A stretch of DNA of 64,000 bases from Gemmatimonadota bacterium (GCA_036679645.1 JAZDCY010000011.1:32001-96000); one strand, 5' to 3'; shown: positions 50,582 to 61,076, counted from the stretch's first letter. A program made the numbers and translations. Notes: generated by a model from the sequence alone, not told the origin.

Positions 50582-51079
50582 TTAGGGGGCGATCAACTGT
50601 TCCAATCGCTCTGCGTTGCTCGATGTATGCCCAAACAAGACGACGACTTCGAGCGAGTCTGCGTCGGGCGAGGTGCGAATGACGTCGAGGACGATCTGCA
50701 CGGCCTCGTCAAAAGTGAGTCTCCCGAGGCCGGCACCGAGCGCGGGAACGGCGAGACTCGCGACGTCGTGTTCAGCCGCGAGCCTGAGCGCCGACTTCAT
50801 GGCGGCACGCACAGCGTCTCCCGAGGTGCCTTCGTCACCCATGGCCACGGCGTGGATGATGTACCGGACCGAGAGCCGTCCCGCGCCCGTGATCACCGCA
50901 TCGCCGACCGCGGCGATCCCGTGGGCATCGCACGCTTCTTGGATGCTGGGTCCGCCGGCGCGACGAATCGCACCGGCGACGCCGAGGCCCAGTTGCAGCT
51001 GCGTGTTGGCGGAGTTGAGGATGGCGTCGCCTTCGAACGTCGTGATGTCGCCCTGGCGTACGCGAATCCGCGGTGGCAC
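50582..51079 (-). CDS. Macro domain protein
   Basis: GDIT, NSAN, GVAGAI, IIHAV, PALGAG. Confidence 0.88.
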   Translation of the reverse strand: MPPRIRVRQGDITTFEGDAILNSANTQLQLGLGVAGAIRRAGGPSIQEACDAHGIAAVGDAVITGAGRLSVRYIIHAVAMGDEGTSGDAVRAAMKSALRLAAEHDVASLAVPALGAGLGRLTFDEAVQIVLDVIRTSPDADSLEVVVLFGHTSSNAERLEQLIAP

Positions 51080-51089
51080 GGTGCTCCTA

Positions 51090-51929
51090 CTAGGGCCGGC
51101 GCATGTGCCGGCTCATGTCGTGCAGAAGGCGTCGTTCCGCGATGGTGAGGCTCGACATCCCCTGCTCGGAGATTTTGTCGAGCAGGCGGTCCATCTCCCT
51201 TGCAATCTCGTCGGCGCTCGGCTCTGCCGGCCGCGGTGCGGTGCCCGCCTCCTCGGCCTCGCTCTCGCTCACCTGGTGCGGAACGAGCACAGGTGTCTCT
51301 GTTTCGGCCTCGACGGCAGCACGTACGCGACGATCGACATAGACCTCACCCTTGAGATACAGCAATGCGAAGAGGAACCCACCGAGGTGCGCCACCTGTG
51401 CCACCCCACCGCTCACGCCGGTCACGAGGGGAATCATCTCGAGCGCCACGAGGAGCGTCACGAGGTATTTCACCGGGACGGGTAAGGGAAGGGGAAAGAT
51501 GAAGATGCGCGCATGGGGCCAGTAGAGCGCGAACGCGAGTGCCACTCCGAATGCCGCCCCCGACGCACCGACGAATGCCGTGACGGGCACGAACGGCGAC
51601 AGCGCGAAGGCCATCACCGGTCCGCCCAGGCCGCAGAGCAGGTAGAACCGCGCAAAGGCCGCCCCGCCCATCCGGCGCTCGACTCGCGGCCCAAAGAAGA
51701 ACAACATCAGCATGTCGAACACCAAATGTAGGAATGCCACGTGGACGAACATGTACGTCACGAACGTCCAGGGCTTCCGGGCGGCCTCCAGCGGGCTGAA
51801 CGCGAATAGGTCGGTGAACCAGGTTCCCGTGAACAGCGTGATCGACAGCAGATAAACCACGCCGTTGGCTACGAGGAGCCGGCGCACCCAAGGGGTCAGG
51901 TGGAAGGGCGAGGCTGGCTGCGTTTCCAT
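51090..51929 (-). CDS. Rhomboid family intramembrane serine protease
   Basis: GASG and AHLGG dyad; C-terminal DRLLDKISEQGMSSLT tail. Confidence 0.9.
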   Translation of the reverse strand: METQPASPFHLTPWVRRLLVANGVVYLLSITLFTGTWFTDLFAFSPLEAARKPWTFVTYMFVHVAFLHLVFDMLMLFFFGPRVERRMGGAAFARFYLLCGLGGPVMAFALSPFVPVTAFVGASGAAFGVALAFALYWPHARIFIFPLPLPVPVKYLVTLLVALEMIPLVTGVSGGVAQVAHLGGFLFALLYLKGEVYVDRRVRAAVEAETETPVLVPHQVSESEAEEAGTAPRPAEPSADEIAREMDRLLDKISEQGMSSLTIAERRLLHDMSRHMRRP

Positions 51930-51945
51930 ATGTGTCTGTACTCCG

Positions 51946-52974
51946 TCAGGGCCGAACTTTGTTCCCCAGGCCCGATCGCGCCAAGGCCAGGCGACAGATG
52001 GTGTCGCACAGGTCCACGAACGTCACGTCGGCCGCCGCGGCCGATTGCGGGAGCAGGCTCGTAGCCGTGAGGCCAGGCAGAGTGTTGGCCTCGAGGCAGT
52101 AGGGCGTCCCGTCGTCGCCGATCCGGAAGTCGATCCGCGAGAAATCCCGCAGCTTCAGGCACCGGTGCACGGCGAGTGCCAGCTGCCGGAGGCGTAGCGA
52201 CAACTTCTCGGGAATCTCGGCGGGGAAGATCTCCTGCGTCATGCCGGGCGTGTACTTGCACTCGTAGTCGAAGATCTCGTGCCGCGGCATGATCTCACCC
52301 ACGCTGAGGGCCCGTTCGCCGAGCACCCCGACGGTAAATTCCCGGTCCGTCAGATACGCCTCGAACATCACCTCATCATCGTACTCACTGGCCAGGTTGA
52401 CGGCCCCCTCGACCTCGTCGAGCGACCGCACGAGCGAGAGCCCGACAGTGGAACCGACCTTCACGGGCTTCACGATAAGAGGCAATCCCAGTCCCGCGAT
52501 TTCCGTCGGCCCCGCCGGCCAGGTGGCCCAGTGTGCGGTAGGGACGCCGGCCTGTCGGAACAGTCGTTTCGCGATGTCCTTGTCCATCGCCAGCGCGGAT
52601 CCCAGAGGACCCGACCCGGCATACGGGATGTCCTCGGCCTCGAGCAGCGCCTGCAACTCGCCACCCTCACCCTGCCGGCCGTGCAACACGGGAAAGACGA
52701 GATCGGCCTCGCGCACCTCGCGCAGCTGTACGAGCCCGGATCTGAGTTCGGACGCCGCGAGCGCCCGGAGGGCCTCGAGACTGGGAGGGTTTGCGCCCAC
52801 GTCCGCTACCAAGTACCGCGACTCCGCCGTCGGCGACATGACCCCAGACGCGGTGTCGATCACGGTGACGCTGTATCCGCGGTCGCGCAAAGCCCCCACC
52901 ACCTGCGCGGCGCCCGCAAACGCGACGTCGCGCTCGGGCGTGGAGCCACCAGTGAGCACAGCGATGCGCGTCAT
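51946..52974 (-). CDS. ddl: D-alanine--D-alanine ligase
   Basis: GGSTPERDV, LHGRQGEGG, GSTVG, YECKY, EANTLPG. Confidence 0.93.
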   Translation of the reverse strand: MTRIAVLTGGSTPERDVAFAGAAQVVGALRDRGYSVTVIDTASGVMSPTAESRYLVADVGANPPSLEALRALAASELRSGLVQLREVREADLVFPVLHGRQGEGGELQALLEAEDIPYAGSGPLGSALAMDKDIAKRLFRQAGVPTAHWATWPAGPTEIAGLGLPLIVKPVKVGSTVGLSLVRSLDEVEGAVNLASEYDDEVMFEAYLTDREFTVGVLGERALSVGEIMPRHEIFDYECKYTPGMTQEIFPAEIPEKLSLRLRQLALAVHRCLKLRDFSRIDFRIGDDGTPYCLEANTLPGLTATSLLPQSAAAADVTFVDLCDTICRLALARSGLGNKVRP

Positions 52975-53357
52975 GTGGGCCGGTATACGACGCGATACTG
53001 GGGCATCTCCCACACTTCGATCTCGACCACCTCGGCCGCCGGCGCTTTGTCTCCGAGCCGGCTGTCCATTCGGTCACAGACGATGCGCGCGAGGCGTTCC
53101 GCCGTCGGTAGAGAGCCCGCAAATGGAGGCAGGTCGTTCAGGTATTGGTGCTCGAAGTCGCTCACCGCGTCGCGGGCCCATTGTTCGAGCAGTCTGAAGT
53201 CGATGCCCATGCCGTTAGAGTCGAGCGCGTCCGGCGCAACGCGCACCGTGACCCGGAGCCGCCAGTTATGGCCGTGCATGCGCTCGCAGGCCTCCACACC
53301 CGGGAGCGTGTGAGCGGCCGAGAACGTCGTCTCGGCCGAGAGTAGATAATGGCCCAC
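52971..53357 (-). CDS. queD: 6-carboxytetrahydropterin synthase
   Basis: FSAAH, C...HGHNW, HQYLND, PTAE, VWE. Confidence 0.88.
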   Translation of the reverse strand: MGHYLLSAETTFSAAHTLPGVEACERMHGHNWRLRVTVRVAPDALDSNGMGIDFRLLEQWARDAVSDFEHQYLNDLPPFAGSLPTAERLARIVCDRMDSRLGDKAPAAEVVEIEVWEMPQYRVVYRPT

Positions 53358-54742
53358 TACCGAATGCCCTGAATGTGGTGCAACACGTCGTAGCGCGTGA
53401 CGATTCCGGCGATCTCGCCGTCGCTGCGGACCAGAACCGCGGGGGTTTCCCGGGACAGGAGCGCGCTGAACCGTTCGAGTGGCAGCTTTGAATCGATCAC
53501 TGGATAAGGGGACTCCATGATCTCCCGGACGGGCTGCTCGAGCAGTGTCGGCTCCGCAATAGCCCGCGCCATGAGTGCCGACTCCGTGACGGCCCCAACG
53601 CAGTCACCGGATTCGACCACGGGAAGTTGCGATACGTTGTAGGTGCCCATCAGGTTGAGGGCCTGACGAATGGTGTTCGTCTCACCCACCGTCACGAGCG
53701 GAGGCGCGCCGTTGGTCTTCGATTCGAGCAGCGTGGTTGCCGTGACCCGCTCCTCCTCGAGCAGTTGATGTTCCCGCATCCAGTCTTCATTGAAGAGCTT
53801 CGAGAGATACCGCTCGCCCGTATCGCACAGGAGCGCCACGACACACGCGTCGGGATCGTCGGCTTCCCGGGCGATGTCCAGTGCGACGACCACGTTGAGA
53901 CCCGTCGATCCCCCGACGAACAGCCCTTCTTCACGGACGAGACGACGTGCCATCTGAAAGGCCGCGGCGTCACTCACCGTCCGGAACTCGTCCACGAAGT
54001 CGAAATGCAGGGTGTCGGGCAGCTTGTCGCCACCGATACCCTCGACCTTGTAGGGGTGACCCTCGATTTTGGTGCGACTGCGTCCATACTCCCCGTAGAT
54101 CGAGCCGTCGGGGTCGCCGGCGATGATCCGTACGTTCGCGTTCTTTTCCTTGAGATAGCGCCCGGCCCCACTCACGGTGCCTCCGGTGCCGGCAGACGCG
54201 ATGAAATGGGTGATGCGCCCTTCGGTCTGTTCCCACAACTCCGGTCCGGTGGTGCGGTAGTGCGCGTCGGGGTTGACCTGATTGTAGAACTGGTTGGCGA
54301 GGATCGCGTTGGGGGTGTCCTTCACGATTGCCTTCGCCTTCATCACGTAGTTGTCCGGATGGTCGGGTGGGACGGCCGTGGGTGTGATGATCACTTCGGC
54401 GCCGAACGCGCGCAGCAGTAGCACCTTCTCGTTCGACATCTTGTCCGGCATCGTGAAGATGCAGCGATAGCCCTTGAGGGCCGCCGCCAGGGCCAGGCCC
54501 ACGCCGGTGTTGCCCGACGTCCCCTCGACGACCACGCCTCCCGGCACCAACTCGCCGCTATGTTCCGCGGCCTCGATGATCGCGATACCGATCCGGTCCT
54601 TCACCGAGCCGCCGGGGTTGAAGAACTCCGCCTTGCCGTACACCGGTGTGCGAATCCCATCGGTGACGCTGTTCAGCCGGATCAGGGGTGTCCACCCGAT
54701 CGTTTCGAGAACGTTGTTGTAGGGTCGTGTATGGGGAGCCAT
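53357..54742 (-). CDS. Cystathionine beta-synthase family PLP enzyme with CBS domains
   Basis: NPGGSVKDR, TSGNTG, GTGGT, DTGERYLSK; C-terminal CBS pair. Confidence 0.9.
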   Translation of the reverse strand: MAPHTRPYNNVLETIGWTPLIRLNSVTDGIRTPVYGKAEFFNPGGSVKDRIGIAIIEAAEHSGELVPGGVVVEGTSGNTGVGLALAAALKGYRCIFTMPDKMSNEKVLLLRAFGAEVIITPTAVPPDHPDNYVMKAKAIVKDTPNAILANQFYNQVNPDAHYRTTGPELWEQTEGRITHFIASAGTGGTVSGAGRYLKEKNANVRIIAGDPDGSIYGEYGRSRTKIEGHPYKVEGIGGDKLPDTLHFDFVDEFRTVSDAAAFQMARRLVREEGLFVGGSTGLNVVVALDIAREADDPDACVVALLCDTGERYLSKLFNEDWMREHQLLEEERVTATTLLESKTNGAPPLVTVGETNTIRQALNLMGTYNVSQLPVVESGDCVGAVTESALMARAIAEPTLLEQPVREIMESPYPVIDSKLPLERFSALLSRETPAVLVRSDGEIAGIVTRYDVLHHIQGIR

Positions 54743-55155
54743 CAGGCCCCACCTCCGAGGTCGGTGCTTTCAGGGTGTTGGAAGTGCACTGGCTGGAGAA
54801 ACGCCGTAGCGACCGGAATCCCGTTCCGGCGCGCCGGCGCGAAGTGCATCTCAGCTACCGCCGCGAGCGCCGCCGAGTCGAACTCTCGGTGCCCGCTTCC
54901 CTCGGCTATTCGTGTTGAGTCTGGGACGATGGCGCCGGTCTCATCGACGAAGAGCCGCAGCACCACGGTGCCCTCGATCTGCTGCTCGTAGAGCGTCGGC
55001 GGGTAGCGCACGGGCGGCTCGGGGTTAGTGGCCACGGGCGGCTCGAATTCCGGCGTCCCTCCTCCGTCGTCGACGCCGTTGTCCGAAAGCGCGGGTTGAC
55101 TCGCACAGGCGACAAGCCACATGCAGAACACGAGGAATCGTCTACCCGAGCTCAT
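54742..55155 (-). CDS. TonB C-terminal domain lipoprotein
   Basis: YP...IEGTVVL...GSG..EFD.AAL...FAPA; LVAC lipobox. Confidence 0.8.
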   Translation of the reverse strand: MSSGRRFLVFCMWLVACASQPALSDNGVDDGGGTPEFEPPVATNPEPPVRYPPTLYEQQIEGTVVLRLFVDETGAIVPDSTRIAEGSGHREFDSAALAAVAEMHFAPARRNGIPVATAFLQPVHFQHPESTDLGGGA

Positions 55156-57743
55156 GGCTCAGCGCGCTTCTTGAGGTCCGCCAGGCGCGCCAGCGCTTCG
55201 AGCGGAGTCATCGTGTCCGGGTCCAAGGTGCGGAGCTCGGAGAGCACCGGGTGGTCTCGAGAGAAGAGCGGGAGTTGGCTCGCGTCGGGCGGGGGCGGCG
55301 GTACGACGCCCGTAACATGATGACCTGCTTCGAGCGCGGTGAGGATCTCCCCCGCTCGACGGACGACCGCTGTGGGAAGTCCGGCGAGGCGGCCGACGTG
55401 AATGCCGTAGGAACGATCTGCACCGCCCGGCTCGAGACGGTAGCGGAAGACGATCGTGTCGCCCGTTTCCTGGACGGCCACATTGAAGTTCCGCGCGTGC
55501 TGCAGCTCTTCGGTCAGCTGCGTCAGTTCGTGGTAATGCGTCGCAAACAGCGTCTTGCACCCGACCACATCGTGCAGGTGCTCAGTTACCGCCCACGCAA
55601 TTGCCACTCCGTCGTACGTAGACGTGCCGCGCCCGATCTCGTCGAGCAGCACGAGACTCGCCGCCGTTGCAGCGTGGAGGATGGCGCTGGTCTCGCTCAT
55701 CTCCACCATGAACGTCGATTGTCCGCGACCCAGGTTGTCACTGGCACCGACGCGGGTGAAGACGCGGTCCACCACGCCCATGGTGGCCCGCGCACACGGC
55801 ACGAACGACCCAGCTTGCGCCAGCACCACATTGAGACCGATCTGTCGGAGTACCGTCGACTTCCCGGCCATGTTCGGGCCGGTGAGCACCACCACCCGGC
55901 CCGCGGCGTCGAGACGGATGTCGTTGGGAATGAACTTGCCCTGGGGCAGCACGTGCTCGACGACCGGGTGACGTGATTCCACCAGGTCCAACGCAAAAGC
56001 ATCCGTCATCTCGGGGCGGACATATCCGTTGGCAACCGCCGTTTCGGCCAGCGCGGCGAACACGTCGGCCTGTGAGATCTGGTGCGCGGTGGTCTGGAGC
56101 CGCCCGATGCGCTCGCCCACCGCGGTGCACAGGGCGGCGATCAGTTCTCGCTCACGGTGCAGTATCTGCTCTTCGGCCCCCAGCACCCTGGCTTCGTACT
56201 CCTTGAGTTCCGGCGTCACGTACCGCTCGGCGCCGGTCAGCGTCTGGCGCCGCTCGTAGTGCGCCGGCACAGCATCCTTGTGCGTCTTTGTCACCTCGAG
56301 GTAGTACCCGAAGACGCGGTTGTATCCGACTTTGAGGTTCGCAATGCCCGTTGCTTCGCGCTCCCGGCCCTGCAGGGCGGCGATGAACTGCTTCCCTCCG
56401 TCTCGCAGGTCGCGCTGCGCGTCGAGCGCCTCGTCGGTACCGGGGCGAATCGTGTTGCCGTCGCCCAGCGTCGCGGGCGGACGATCGACGAGCGCTCCAA
56501 CGAGCTTGCCTGTCAGGTCAGTGAGCAGATCGAGTTGCTCTGCGACGCGCTCGAGTGCGGCGCTCCGCTCCCGCGCGGCGAGACCGTCCAGCGCGCCGCG
56601 GATGTCGGGCAAACGCTCCAGTGAATGCCGCAGGGCGCCGAGGTCCCGTGGCGTGGCGCGTCCGGTGGCCGCGCGCCCGGCAAGGCGTTCCAGATCGCGG
56701 ACCTCGTCGAGCGCATCGCGCAGCCGCTCACGGCCCCGCGCATCGGTGTGAAGCACCTCGACGGCATCGAGGCGCGCCCGGATCGCCTGCGTGGTTCGGA
56801 GCGGTGCCAGCAGCCACTGACGTAGCAAGCGGGCACCCATCGGCGTCACCGTCCGGTCGATGACCGAGAGGAGCGTTGGCGCGCTCCCGCCGGGCCGTAG
56901 TGGCTCTGCCAGTTCGAGATTGCGCCGCGTCATCTCGTCGAGCGGCATCGTGCTGCCGAGACGACGAATGTACGGTCGCGCCAAGTGCGGAAGGCCCTGG
57001 GGCTGCAGAGTGCGAACGTAGGTCAGTAATGCAGCGGCCGCGGCGAGTGCCGGCCGGTCGTCGTCGGTCACCCCAAGACCGTCGAGCGACGCGAGATCGA
57101 ACCGACGCTGAATCTCTTCCCCTCCCGCCACGGGATCGAATTCCCATGACTCGCGCCGGGTTATCAGGACGCTTTCGGGAATGCCGACCGGCTCGTCGTC
57201 CGTCGTGAGCACGATCTCGCGAGGCTCGAGCCGCGCGAGGGCCGCCTCGAGGTCGCGTGGCTCGACACATTCCAGCACGAACTCGCCGGTCGAGACGTCA
57301 ATTGCTGCGAGACCACGTGGCTCGCCGGGTGCCACGGCGGCGAGGAAGTTGTTGCGTACGCCCTCCAGCAGATCATCAGTGAGGACGGCGCCAGGTGTTA
57401 CCGTCTCGATCACCTGCCGCTTGACGACTCCCTTGGCCAGTTTTGGATCCTCGATCTGCTCGCAGATCGCCACGCGAAAACCCTTTTGCACGAGTCGGCG
57501 CACGTATTCCGACGCCGCCTTTACCGGCACGCCCGCGAGCGGGATGTTTGCCGCGCCGCCATTGTTCCGCGAGGTCAGGGTGAGTCCCAACTCGCGGGCC
57601 GCGACCTGGGCGTCGTCGAGGAACATCTCGTAGAAATCGCCCATGCGAAAAAAAAGAATCGCATCTGTGTGCTGCGCCTTGATGTCCCGGTACTGCTGCA
57701 TGAGCGGCGTGTCCTGGCCGCGTGTCGGGGTGCGGCGGCTCAC
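55152..57743 (-). CDS. mutS: DNA mismatch repair protein MutS
   Basis: TPLMQQY, GDFYE, GPNMAGKS, DEIGRGTST, SYGI. Confidence 0.97.
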   Translation of the reverse strand: MSRRTPTRGQDTPLMQQYRDIKAQHTDAILFFRMGDFYEMFLDDAQVAARELGLTLTSRNNGGAANIPLAGVPVKAASEYVRRLVQKGFRVAICEQIEDPKLAKGVVKRQVIETVTPGAVLTDDLLEGVRNNFLAAVAPGEPRGLAAIDVSTGEFVLECVEPRDLEAALARLEPREIVLTTDDEPVGIPESVLITRRESWEFDPVAGGEEIQRRFDLASLDGLGVTDDDRPALAAAAALLTYVRTLQPQGLPHLARPYIRRLGSTMPLDEMTRRNLELAEPLRPGGSAPTLLSVIDRTVTPMGARLLRQWLLAPLRTTQAIRARLDAVEVLHTDARGRERLRDALDEVRDLERLAGRAATGRATPRDLGALRHSLERLPDIRGALDGLAARERSAALERVAEQLDLLTDLTGKLVGALVDRPPATLGDGNTIRPGTDEALDAQRDLRDGGKQFIAALQGREREATGIANLKVGYNRVFGYYLEVTKTHKDAVPAHYERRQTLTGAERYVTPELKEYEARVLGAEEQILHRERELIAALCTAVGERIGRLQTTAHQISQADVFAALAETAVANGYVRPEMTDAFALDLVESRHPVVEHVLPQGKFIPNDIRLDAAGRVVVLTGPNMAGKSTVLRQIGLNVVLAQAGSFVPCARATMGVVDRVFTRVGASDNLGRGQSTFMVEMSETSAILHAATAASLVLLDEIGRGTSTYDGVAIAWAVTEHLHDVVGCKTLFATHYHELTQLTEELQHARNFNVAVQETGDTIVFRYRLEPGGADRSYGIHVGRLAGLPTAVVRRAGEILTALEAGHHVTGVVPPPPPDASQLPLFSRDHPVLSELRTLDPDTMTPLEALARLADLKKRAEP

Positions 57744-58561
57744 CGCTCCTCCACGACGAACGGCGATCCACCGATCGCCCGGCGGATTCCGGCGAGCACC
57801 TGTTGGGCGCGCGCGCGTTCGGCGTAGCGGCCGACACGTACCTTGAACAACCCGTCCGCCTCGCGCACCACGTGCGGGGTGAAACCCGCCCGGCGCAGGG
57901 CCTGCATTACTTCGTCTGCCGCCGCCGCGGTCGCCACCGCCGCCACCTGTACCGCGTACGCGATCGCACCCGCAGGCGCCGCCGAGTCAGCGGCGGTAGT
58001 GGAGTCTCCGGCTTCAACCGACGTGCATCGCTGGAGGTAGAAGCGCGCCCGGTTCGCGAGTTCTACATCCTCGCCGGCCTCGTCCACGGCGAGGCGGAGG
58101 TAGCCGCATGCGCTCGGGAGGTCGCCCAACTCTATGCGCACGCGCGCCGTCCAGAATGCCGCTGCCGCCCGCACCGGACTGAACGGGTAATCGAGCAACA
58201 CACGCTCGGCGGAGCGACCCGCCGTTGCGTAGTCGCCGGCGGCAAACCGAAGCTGTGCGACGCGTAGTAGCGCCTGATCAGCCCAGGCCGACTGCGAGTA
58301 CTCGATAGCCACTCGTCTGAACGTCGCGACGGCTTCGTCGGCGTCCGCCGCGACGAGCCCGGCGACGAAGAGGGCCTGCGGGTAGAGGGAATCGAGCGGG
58401 CTCAGTTCACCGAGCCGGAAACGCGCCAGCACGCGCGCGGAATCGCCCTGGCCCTCGGTCGCCAACCGCAGCGCCTGGACCAAAGCCGAATCGGTCGGCC
58501 CCTGGGCACGAGCAGGCTGCGCCACCACGCCGAGCAGGACGGCGATGAGCACAGCTCTCAT
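57740..58561 (-). CDS. TPR + SPOR domain exported protein
   Basis: Signal peptide, TPR-like helices, YAVQVAA...FKVRVGRY SPOR domain. Confidence 0.82.
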   Translation of the reverse strand: MRAVLIAVLLGVVAQPARAQGPTDSALVQALRLATEGQGDSARVLARFRLGELSPLDSLYPQALFVAGLVAADADEAVATFRRVAIEYSQSAWADQALLRVAQLRFAAGDYATAGRSAERVLLDYPFSPVRAAAAFWTARVRIELGDLPSACGYLRLAVDEAGEDVELANRARFYLQRCTSVEAGDSTTAADSAAPAGAIAYAVQVAAVATAAAADEVMQALRRAGFTPHVVREADGLFKVRVGRYAERARAQQVLAGIRRAIGGSPFVVEER

Positions 58562-59604
58562 GCCGCGATGCTCGGTGCGACACGGAGCATCAGCGCCTTG
58601 AGCACGCCGGCCGCGTTCGTAATGGATGTGGTCTTCAACTGCCGATCTGCCTCATACGTCTCGGCAATGAAGTGATCGAGTTCCGCGCCCGACCAGCACT
58701 GCGCCGCCGCCGCCCAGCATGCCGCCTCGACACCCCACTTCCGCAGCTTCGCGGGACGTGCCGCCTTGATACTCTGGAACACAGCGCCCTCGACACGGGC
58801 GGGACTGGTTCCCTCATCCAGCAGTGCACGGGCCAGACGCGTGCCGATCAGGGACGTTCCCAGCAGCATGACCAACTGCACGGGTGTGTCTGCCGAGTGC
58901 ACCAACACGACATCCACGAGTTGGGATGCACGAGCGACGTCGCGTTGCAGGACGGCATCCACCCAATCGTGCGCGGTCTCACCGCGCCGAATTCCAACTA
59001 GTGCCGCTACGTCCGCGACCGTTACCGATCCGTCGGTCGTGGCGGCGGCCAACTTGTCGAGCTCCCGGGCGAGTAGTGCCAGCTTGCCACCCACCGCTGT
59101 CGCGAGGTGATCGACCGCCTCGGGCTCGATAGAGAGTCCGCGGTCAGCGGCACGGGTCGCCACCCAGCGGCGTACCAGCTCCGGTTTCAGCTCGTTGAGC
59201 GCGACGTGCGTGGTGTGGGCAACCAGATCGCGATCCGGCGGCTGCTCGCCGCCGTGGGTCAGTACCAGCACCGTTGATGGCGACGGGTGCTCGAGGTACG
59301 GGCGCAGCACCTTCCAGGCTTTCGCGTTCTTGCGCCACTGCTCCAGTCCGCGAATGACCACGACGCGGCGATCGGCGAGCATCGGAGGTGTCTCGATGAG
59401 CGTGTGCACCGCTTCGCCGTCGAGGTCGCCCGCCGCGCGCACGTCGACATTGAAGTCGCGGCTGGCGGGATCGACCGTCCCGTCGATCAGCGCCTTGATC
59501 AACTCGTCCTTGAGGATGTCTTCCGGGCCGGTGAGGTAGTACGCCGGCTCGATGCGGCCGCGCTTGAGCGCGCCGTAAACCCGCTCCAAAGTGATTCCCG
59601 CCAT
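58558..59604 (-). CDS. holA: DNA polymerase III delta subunit
   Basis: YYLTGPE, DFN, PMLADRRVV, ELDKL, DRQLK. Confidence 0.88.
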   Translation of the reverse strand: MAGITLERVYGALKRGRIEPAYYLTGPEDILKDELIKALIDGTVDPASRDFNVDVRAAGDLDGEAVHTLIETPPMLADRRVVVIRGLEQWRKNAKAWKVLRPYLEHPSPSTVLVLTHGGEQPPDRDLVAHTTHVALNELKPELVRRWVATRAADRGLSIEPEAVDHLATAVGGKLALLARELDKLAAATTDGSVTVADVAALVGIRRGETAHDWVDAVLQRDVARASQLVDVVLVHSADTPVQLVMLLGTSLIGTRLARALLDEGTSPARVEGAVFQSIKAARPAKLRKWGVEAACWAAAAQCWSGAELDHFIAETYEADRQLKTTSITNAAGVLKALMLRVAPSIAA

Positions 59605-59654
59605 GCTAGGCGGAAGTTACCGATGGCTGTGGAGCTATGAAAGGAGAGGAGGGC

Positions 59655-60149
59655 TCAGGGCGACAGGACGACGCGCACGTCGAGCGGTTCCTGCGAGCTG
59701 AGGAACTGGAGCGTCGATTGGGTAAAGGGCGATAGCGTGACGTCGATCTCCTCGAGGGGAGGCGGAAGTGTGTCGAATGCGATGGGCGCGAGCCGGACTG
59801 CCGGGGGAGCCTCTTCGGCCGCCGGAGTGTTGGCCTGGTATAGGAACAGTCCCAGCCCGGTCGCCAGCAGGAGCGCCGCCGCCAGACCGGCGCTCGTGGG
59901 AACAATGGGGTCGCCAATTGCCACCTCGGCCCGGAGACGCCGGCTCAGCCGGGAGCGGAACGTGGGTGACGGGGACACGTCACCGGACCTGAGGACGTCC
60001 AGTCCCAGCTCCAACGATTCGACGTGGTGGGCACATCGGTCGCACTTGTCCAAATGTTCGTGTACGTGCGCAACCGCCCACGGGTCGGTGAGCCGACCGT
60101 CGGCGTACTCAGAGTAGAGTTGGAGAAAGTCCTGGCAGTTTATCCGCAC
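59655..60149 (-). CDS. Anti-sigma factor (zf-HC2)
   Basis: C...YSEYADG...HLDKCDRC; TM segment; downstream of the ECF sigma. Confidence 0.8.
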   Translation of the reverse strand: MRINCQDFLQLYSEYADGRLTDPWAVAHVHEHLDKCDRCAHHVESLELGLDVLRSGDVSPSPTFRSRLSRRLRAEVAIGDPIVPTSAGLAAALLLATGLGLFLYQANTPAAEEAPPAVRLAPIAFDTLPPPLEEIDVTLSPFTQSTLQFLSSQEPLDVRVVLSP

Positions 60150-60223
60150 GTTTTTTTCCGAAGCCGGCGAATGGTACCCCCGGTGGCGGGAAGGTTCCCA
60201 GCGTCTGAGCCCCTGTGCGTCTC

Positions 60224-60850
60224 TCAGTCCACGTGCGGCTCGATGATCTGGGCGAACCGGTGACGTGCGCGGTTCAACCGGCTCTTCACTGTGCCCAGGT
60301 TGCAGTCGGTGATCTCGGCGATCTCTTCGTAGGTCTTGCCCTCCAGCTCACGGAGCACGAAGACCATGCGGTGGTGCTCGGGAAGCTGCGAGACAGCCCA
60401 CTCGACCAACTCACGGAGATGCCGCTTCCGGAACAGGTCGTCCGGACGGTAGTGATGGTCCTCGAACTGGAGGGGGCGGTGGTCTGCCTCCCAGTTCTTC
60501 TTGATTGTCTGGAAGAGGACCAGCGGGTTCCGGCTCCGGTTTCGCAGTTCGTTCTTGGCCAGGTTGGAGGCGATCGTGTAGATCCAGGTGGAGAACTTCT
60601 TGGTCTGATCGAACCGGTGCAGATGCCGATGCACCCGGATGAACACCTCCTGGACCAGATCCTCGCCCCGCTCCCGGTCTCCGATGGTGCGGAAGACGAA
60701 GTTGAGCAGGCGCCTCTGATACCGCTCGACCAGTTGGTCGAACGAGCGCCGATCTCCCGCGAGATACGCGGCGACGACTTCCGAGTCCGTTGGCGTACGG
60801 ACCGGCGTTGCCTCGACGGTCCGTGACGTCGTGGTCGTAACAGTGCTCAT
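60224..60850 (-). CDS. ECF RNA polymerase sigma-70 factor
   Basis: EDLVQEVF, FSTWIYTIA, YEEIAEI...GTVKSRLNRAR. Confidence 0.93.
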   Translation of the reverse strand: MSTVTTTTSRTVEATPVRTPTDSEVVAAYLAGDRRSFDQLVERYQRRLLNFVFRTIGDRERGEDLVQEVFIRVHRHLHRFDQTKKFSTWIYTIASNLAKNELRNRSRNPLVLFQTIKKNWEADHRPLQFEDHHYRPDDLFRKRHLRELVEWAVSQLPEHHRMVFVLRELEGKTYEEIAEITDCNLGTVKSRLNRARHRFAQIIEPHVD

Positions 60851-60937
60851 TTTTGGCTCCCTGGACCCCCGAAGGGGTCGCGATGCGAACGAACAGGCTC
60901 CGTAATACCCACTCCCTGTTGGTCAGAGATCACATTG

Positions 60938-60953
60938 CGCAACATCTGTACCC
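60938..60953 (-). promoter_or_regulatory. Possible sigma54 promoter of the ECF sigma operon
   Basis: GGGTAC-AGATG-TTGCG (GG-N10-GC) about 90 nt upstream of the ATG. Confidence 0.4.
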
Positions 60954-61076
60954 TGCCAGGCCCCGGGTCGTTTTGGACCATAAATCGTTTCAAGTCAGTC
61001 TGTTAGCGACCTTTTCACGATAACACGGGTGAAACCCTAATTGTTCCCTCCCGTCCCCTTCTGGGGACACGACCTG

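Noticed and set aside
51700..51740. Rhomboid HLVFDML instead of HxxxN
   Set aside because: The catalytic Ser-His dyad is intact; a single substitution is not enough to claim altered function.
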